Of a stretch of DNA of 47,685 bases, positions 42,936 through 47,685 are shown in pieces. Source of the stretch: a virus (Duplodnaviria; Heunggongvirae; Uroviricota; Caudoviricetes); IMG/VR virus record IMGVR_UViG_2513237200_000007. One strand, given 5' to 3'. Numbering within the stretch: position 1 is the first letter of the stretch; every line of letters starts with the position of its first letter. A program made the translations under genes and the position numbers. The notes beneath the pieces are model-generated. The model was given only the letters and a program-made list of their open reading frames with translations, was not told the origin of the DNA and made no database searches.

Positions 42936-43535
42936 ATGCGTAAAGTTTGTGCCGCCATTTTGTCCGCAGCCATTTGTCTGGCCGTATCCGGTGCGCCTGC
43001 ATGGGCGTCTGAACATCAGTCCACGCTGAGCGCGGGGTATCTTCATGCCCGGACCAACGTTCCCGGCAGTGATGATCTGAACGGGATTAACGTGAAATAC
43101 CGTTATGAGTTTACGGATACGCTGGGGCTGGTGACGTCATTCAGCTATGCAGGAGACAAGAATCGCCAGTTGACCCATTACAGCGATACCCGCTGGCATG
43201 AAGATTCCGTTCGTAACCGCTGGTTCAGCGTAATGGCGGGGCCGTCTGTGCGCGTGAATGAATGGTTCAGCGCGTATGCGATGGCGGGTGTGGCTTACAG
43301 CCGTGTGTCGACTTTCTCCGGGGATTATCTCCGCGTAACTGACAACAAGGGGAAAACGCACGACGTGCTGACCGGAAGTGATGACGGTCGCCACAGCAAC
43401 ACGTCTCTGGTGTGGGGAGCTGGCGTGCAGTTTAACCCGACCGAATCCGTGGCCATTGATATTGCTTATGAAGGCTCCGGCAGTGGCGACTGGCGCACTG
43501 ACGGTTTCATCGTGGGTGTCGGTTATAAGTTCTGA
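42936..43535 (+). CDS. lom: Lom/Ail-family outer-membrane beta-barrel protein
   Basis: 199 aa with signal peptide (MRKVCAAILSAAICLAVSGAPAWA), alternating beta-strand pattern and C-terminal aromatic (YKF). Confidence 0.85.
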   Translation: MRKVCAAILSAAICLAVSGAPAWASEHQSTLSAGYLHARTNVPGSDDLNGINVKYRYEFTDTLGLVTSFSYAGDKNRQLTHYSDTRWHEDSVRNRWFSVMAGPSVRVNEWFSAYAMAGVAYSRVSTFSGDYLRVTDNKGKTHDVLTGSDDGRHSNTSLVWGAGVQFNPTESVAIDIAYEGSGSGDWRTDGFIVGVGYKF

Positions 43536-43562
43536 TTAGCCAGGTAACACAGTGTTATGACA

Positions 43563-43588
43563 GCCCGCCGGTTCAGGCGGGCTTTTTT
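43563..43588 (+). terminator. rho-independent terminator after lom
   Basis: GCCCGCC-GGTTCA-GGCGGGC followed by TTTTTT. Confidence 0.6.
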
Positions 43589-43599
43589 GTGGGGTGAAT

Positions 43600-46500
43600 A
43601 TGGCAGTAAAGATTTCAGGTGTACTGAAAGACGGCACAGGAAAACCGGTACAGAACTGCACAATCCAGCTGAAAGCAAAACGTAACAGCACCACGGTGGT
43701 GGTGAACACGCTGGCCTCAGAAAATCCGGATGAAGCCGGGCGTTACAGCATGGACGTTGAGTACGGTCAGTACAGCGTTATTCTGTTGGTGGAAGGATTC
43801 CCGCCGTCACATGCCGGGACCATCACCGTGTATGAAGATTCCCGACCCGGTACGCTGAATGATTTTCTCGGTGCCATGACGGAGGATGATGCCCGTCCGG
43901 AGGCTCTGCGCCGTTTTGAACTGATGGTGGAAGAGGTGGCGCGTAACGCGTCCGCGGTGGCACAGAACACGGCAGCCGCGAAGAAGTCAGCCAGTGATGC
44001 CGGCACATCTGCCAGTGAGGCGGCAACCCATGCGACTGATGCTGCAGGCTCAGCGCGTGCAGCCAGCACGTCAGCCGGACAGGCCGCGACGTCGGCTCAG
44101 GAGGCGTCTTCCAGCGCAGGAACGGCATCAACAAAGGCCACTGAAGCATCAAAAAGTGCTGCCGCTGCAGAGTCCTCAAAAAGCGCGGCGGCCACCAGTG
44201 CCGGTGCCGCGAAAACGTCAGAAACGAATGCTGCAGCGTCACAAAAATCAGCAGCCACTTCTGCATCCACTGCGACGACGAAAGCGTCAGAAGCCGCCAC
44301 TTCAGCCCGGGATGCGGCGGCCTCAAAAGAGGCAGCGAAATCATCAGAAACGAACGCATCATCAAGCGCCAGTAGTGCCGCTTCCTCGGCAACGGCGGCA
44401 GCAAATTCTGCGAAGGCGGCAAAAACGTCCGAGACGAACGCCAGGTCTTCTGAAACGGCAGCGGAACAGAGCGCCTCAGCTGCGGCAGACTCTGAGACAA
44501 CAGCTGCATCATCGGCCCGTGAGGCGTCCATTAAGGCAGAGGAGGCAGCAGTCAGTGCCACCGCCGCCGGAAAATCGGCAGAAAGCGCCGCATCATCCGC
44601 TTCAACAGCCACAACGAAGGCTGGCGAAGCCACTGAACAGGCCAGCGCAGCAGTGAGGTCTGCTTCCGCAGCGAAGACATCCGAAACGAACGCGAAAGCG
44701 TCGGAAACCAGCGCAGAATCCTCAAAAACGGCTGCCGCATCGTCCGCCAGTTCGGCGGCGTCATCGGCATCATCGGCGTCTGCTTCAAAAGATGAGGCGA
44801 CCAGACAGGCGTCAGCAGCGAGGGGCAGCGCCACGACGGCATCCACGAAGGCGACAGAGGCTGCTGGCAGTGCGGCAGCGGCAGCACAGAGCAAAAGTAC
44901 GGCAGAATCCGCAGCAACGCGCGCCGAGACAGCAGCAAAACGGGCAGAGGATATTGCATCCGCCGTGGCGCTTGAGGATGCGAGCACGACGAAAAAGGGG
45001 ATAGTACAGCTCAGTAGTGCGACTAACAGCACTTCCGAGTCACTGGCGGCAACACCAAAAGCCGTTAAGGCCGCGTATGACCTGGCTAACGGGAAATACA
45101 CCGCACAGGATGCAACGACAGCACAGAAAGGGATAATCCAGCTAAGCAGCGCGACCAACAGCACGTCTGAAACGCTTGCCGCGACACCAAAGGCAGTAAA
45201 AGCAGCCAATGACAATGCTGAGAAACGTCTGCAGAAAGATCAGAACGGTGCGGATATCCCTGGCAAAGATACCTTTACGAAAAATATTGGTGCCTGCCGT
45301 GCCTTCGGTGGGTCAGTAAGCACAACAACAGGAAACTGGACGACTGCACAGTTTATCGAGTGGCTGGATTCTCAGGGAGCATTTAACCATCCATACTGGA
45401 TGTGCAAGGGTTCCTGGTCTTATGGCAATAATAAAATCATTACTGATACTGACTGCGGTAATATTCATCTCGCCGGAGCTGTCATTGAAGTAATGGGGAT
45501 AAAGTCAGCGATGACGATCCGCATTACCACACCGACCACCTCCACTGGTGGTGGAACAACTAACGCCCAGTTTACCTATATTAATCACGGAACAGATTAT
45601 TCACCTGGCTGGCGAAGGGACTATAACTCCAGAAATAAGCCAACGGCATCAGAGATCGGGGCGTTACCGTCAGGTGGAACAGCAGTATCATCAGTTAATC
45701 TGGCTTCAAAAGGTCGGGTAACCGCGCTGACAGACAATACGCAGGGGGCAGCAGGTCTTGAGTTATACGAGGTGTATAACAACGGATATCCAACAGCGTA
45801 TGGAAATATCATTCACCTGAAAGGGATGACAGCCGTTGGCGAAGGTGAGTTACTCATCGGCTGGAGTGGTACAAGCGGTGCTCATGCTCCGGCATTTATT
45901 CGTTCACGACGGGATACGACCGACGCAAACTGGTCGCCGTGGGCGCAGCTTTACACCTCGGCTCATCCTCCTGCAGAGTTTTATCCAGTCGGTGCACCAA
46001 TCCCGTGGCCATCAGATACCGTTCCGTCTGGTTATGCCCTGATGCAGGGGCAGACTTTTGACAAATCTGCATACCCGAAACTTGCAGTTGCTTATCCGTC
46101 AGGCGTGATCCCTGATATGCGTGGCTGGACGATTAAGGGCAAGCCCGCCAGTGGTCGGGCCGTATTATCTCAGGAACAGGACGGCATTAAATCGCACACC
46201 CACAGCGCCAGCGCATCCAGTACGGATTTGGGGACGAAAACCACATCGTCGTTTGATTACGGAACCAAATCCACGAATAACACCGGGGCGCATACCCATA
46301 GTATTAGCGGGACCGCAAATAGTGCCGGTGCGCACCAACACAAGAGTTCCGGTGCATTTGGTGGCACGAACACGAGCATTTTCCCTAATGGTTATACCGC
46401 GATTTCAAATCTAAGCGCGGGGATTATGAGCACAACAAGCGGTAGTGGCCAGACTCGTAATGCAGGGAAGACATCATCAGATGGTGCTCATACCCACTCG

Positions 46501-46674
46501 CTGTCCGGCACTGCTGCAAGCGCAGGCGCGCATGCACATACTGTCGGTATTGGTGCTCATACGCACTCCGTTGCGATTGGTTCACATGGACACACCATCA
46601 CCGTTAACGCTGCTGGTAACGCGGAAAACACCGTCAAAAACATCGCATTTAACTATATTGTGAGGCTTGCATAA
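43600..46674 (+). CDS. stf: side tail fibre protein Stf
   Basis: About 1024 aa from [26 protein letters not shown] (lambda stf-like N-terminus); long Ala/Ser/Thr-rich repetitive shaft; two tandem copies of KKGI(V/I)[11 protein letters not shown](S/T)[11 protein letters not shown]; His-rich C-terminal region. Confidence 0.9.
43970..44990 (+). repeat. low-complexity Ala/Ser/Thr/Lys/Glu-rich repetitive coding region within stf
   Basis: Recurrent motifs ([21 protein letters not shown]) at protein and DNA level; long spurious antisense ORFs arise here. Confidence 0.6.
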
Positions 46675-47249
46675 TGGCATTCAGAATGAGTGAACAACCA
46701 CGGACCATAAAAATTTATAATCTGCTGGCCGGAACTAATGAATTTATTGGTGAAGGTGATGCATATATTCCGCCTCATACAGGTCTGCCAGCAAACAGTA
46801 CCGATATTGCACCGCCAGATATTCCGGCTGGCTTCGTGGCTGTTTTCAACAGTGATGAGTCATCGTGGCATCTCGTTGAAGATCATCGGGGTAAAACGGT
46901 TTATGACGTGGCTTCCGGCGACGCGTTATTTATTTCTGAACTCGGTCCGTTACCGGAAAATGTTACCTGGTTATCGCCGGAAGGGGAGTTTCAGAAGTGG
47001 AACGGCACAGCCTGGGTGAAGGATACGGAAGCAGAAAAACTGTTCCGGATCCGGGAGGCGGAAGAAACAAAAAACAACCTGATGCAGGTAGCCAGTGAGC
47101 ATATTGCGCCGCTTCAGGATGCTGCAGATCTGGAAATTGCAACGGAGGAAGAAATCTCGTTGCTGGAAGCATGGAAAAAGTATCGGGTATTGCTGAACCG
47201 TGTTGATACGTCAACTGCACAGGATATTGAATGGCCAGCACTGCCGTAG
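46674..47249 (+). CDS. tfa: tail fibre assembly protein Tfa
   Basis: 191 aa, [78 protein letters not shown]...; start overlaps stf stop (TAATG). Confidence 0.9.
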
Positions 47250-47346
47250 GGTAAAACATATAAATTCTATAATTAGATGTATCTTTCCATTTACGGCAAG
47301 GAAGGGGGCTTGGAAGACGTAAAGCATCTCACACCGAGATTATTTT

Positions 47347-47685
47347 TTATATGTCAGGTGTCTGAAGTTTTGCTTTGGCTCTTAAAATGGTTTGCCGCGA
47401 GGTTTTGAATTCCCGGGCAATGGCACTTATACTTACACCTGACTTAATTCGTTCGAATACCGCCTGTTTCTGTTCTTCATTTAACACAGGTGGTCGACCA
47501 AAACGTTTCCCTGCGCCGCGGGCTCTTACTATCCCGGAATGAGTGCGTTCAAGTAAAAGGTCTCGTTCAAATTCAGCGACTGCTGAAATTACTTGCATCA
47601 TCATTTTTCCTGTTGGACTGGTCAGGTCAATGCCCCCCAATGCTAAGCAATGCACTCTGATACCTGTTTCGGTCAGTTGTTCCAC
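47347..47685 (-). CDS. pin: Pin/Gin/Hin-family serine DNA invertase, C-terminal part (N-terminus beyond window end)
   Basis: C-terminal HTH region [44 protein letters not shown] and resolvase-domain residues ([35 protein letters not shown]); ORF runs to the window edge. Confidence 0.8.
   Translation of the reverse strand: MEQLTETGIRVHCLALGGIDLTSPTGKMMMQVISAVAEFERDLLLERTHSGIVRARGAGKRFGRPPVLNEEQKQAVFERIKSGVSISAIAREFKTSRQTILRAKAKLQTPDI

Noticed and set aside
43767-45215. Long ORFs on both strands within the stf repeat region (for example 44097-45215 minus, 43994-44656 plus)
   Set aside because: Artefacts of the Ala/Ser-rich repetitive stf coding sequence (GCN-rich codons leave other frames open); translations are low-complexity poly-Ala or poly-Arg/Pro.
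47250-47346. Possible Pin recombination (crossover) site between tfa and pin, implying an invertible tail-fibre segment
   Set aside because: No convincing match to the Din-family crossover core (AAACC...GGTTT flanked by TTATC/GATAA-like arms) was found in this interval, only one tfa copy is present, and pin reads toward tfa; an inversion site may lie outside the window near the pin 5' end.

Overview
This window is a near-complete lambdoid prophage of the Qin (DicB/DicF) lineage, carrying three insertion-sequence copies. Gene and protein names are assigned from recalled sequences and motifs, not from any database search. Left to right: a truncated IS10 end; int-xis and a large RecE-like/DEDDh exonuclease; the dicA/dicC immunity switch with the ydfA-ydfB-ydfC-dicF-dicB-ydfD operon; an O-like replication gene with internal iterons; a decayed stretch (methyltransferase remnant, short ORFs with in-frame stops); an rve-type DDE transposase; flxA behind a sigma-28 promoter; relB-relE-hokD; rem-ydfU-quuQ with a late-promoter-like element; cspF/cspB; a complete IS10 with 9-bp target duplication; the lysis cassette (holin, ydfR, endolysin, Rz/Rz1); cspI, gnsB-like, ydfO, ynfO; then cos and a full lambda-type head and tail module (Nu1 through J, lom, stf, tfa) ending in a partial pin invertase. 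I found no CRISPR array, tRNA or recognisable novel defence system. The most notable observations are the IS10 insertion that cuts a small zinc-ribbon ORF between the late promoter and the lysis genes, the direct-repeat IS10 pair bracketing about 18 kb, the iterons inside the replication gene, and a cluster of uncharacterised or decayed small ORFs at 8.2-10.3 kb.
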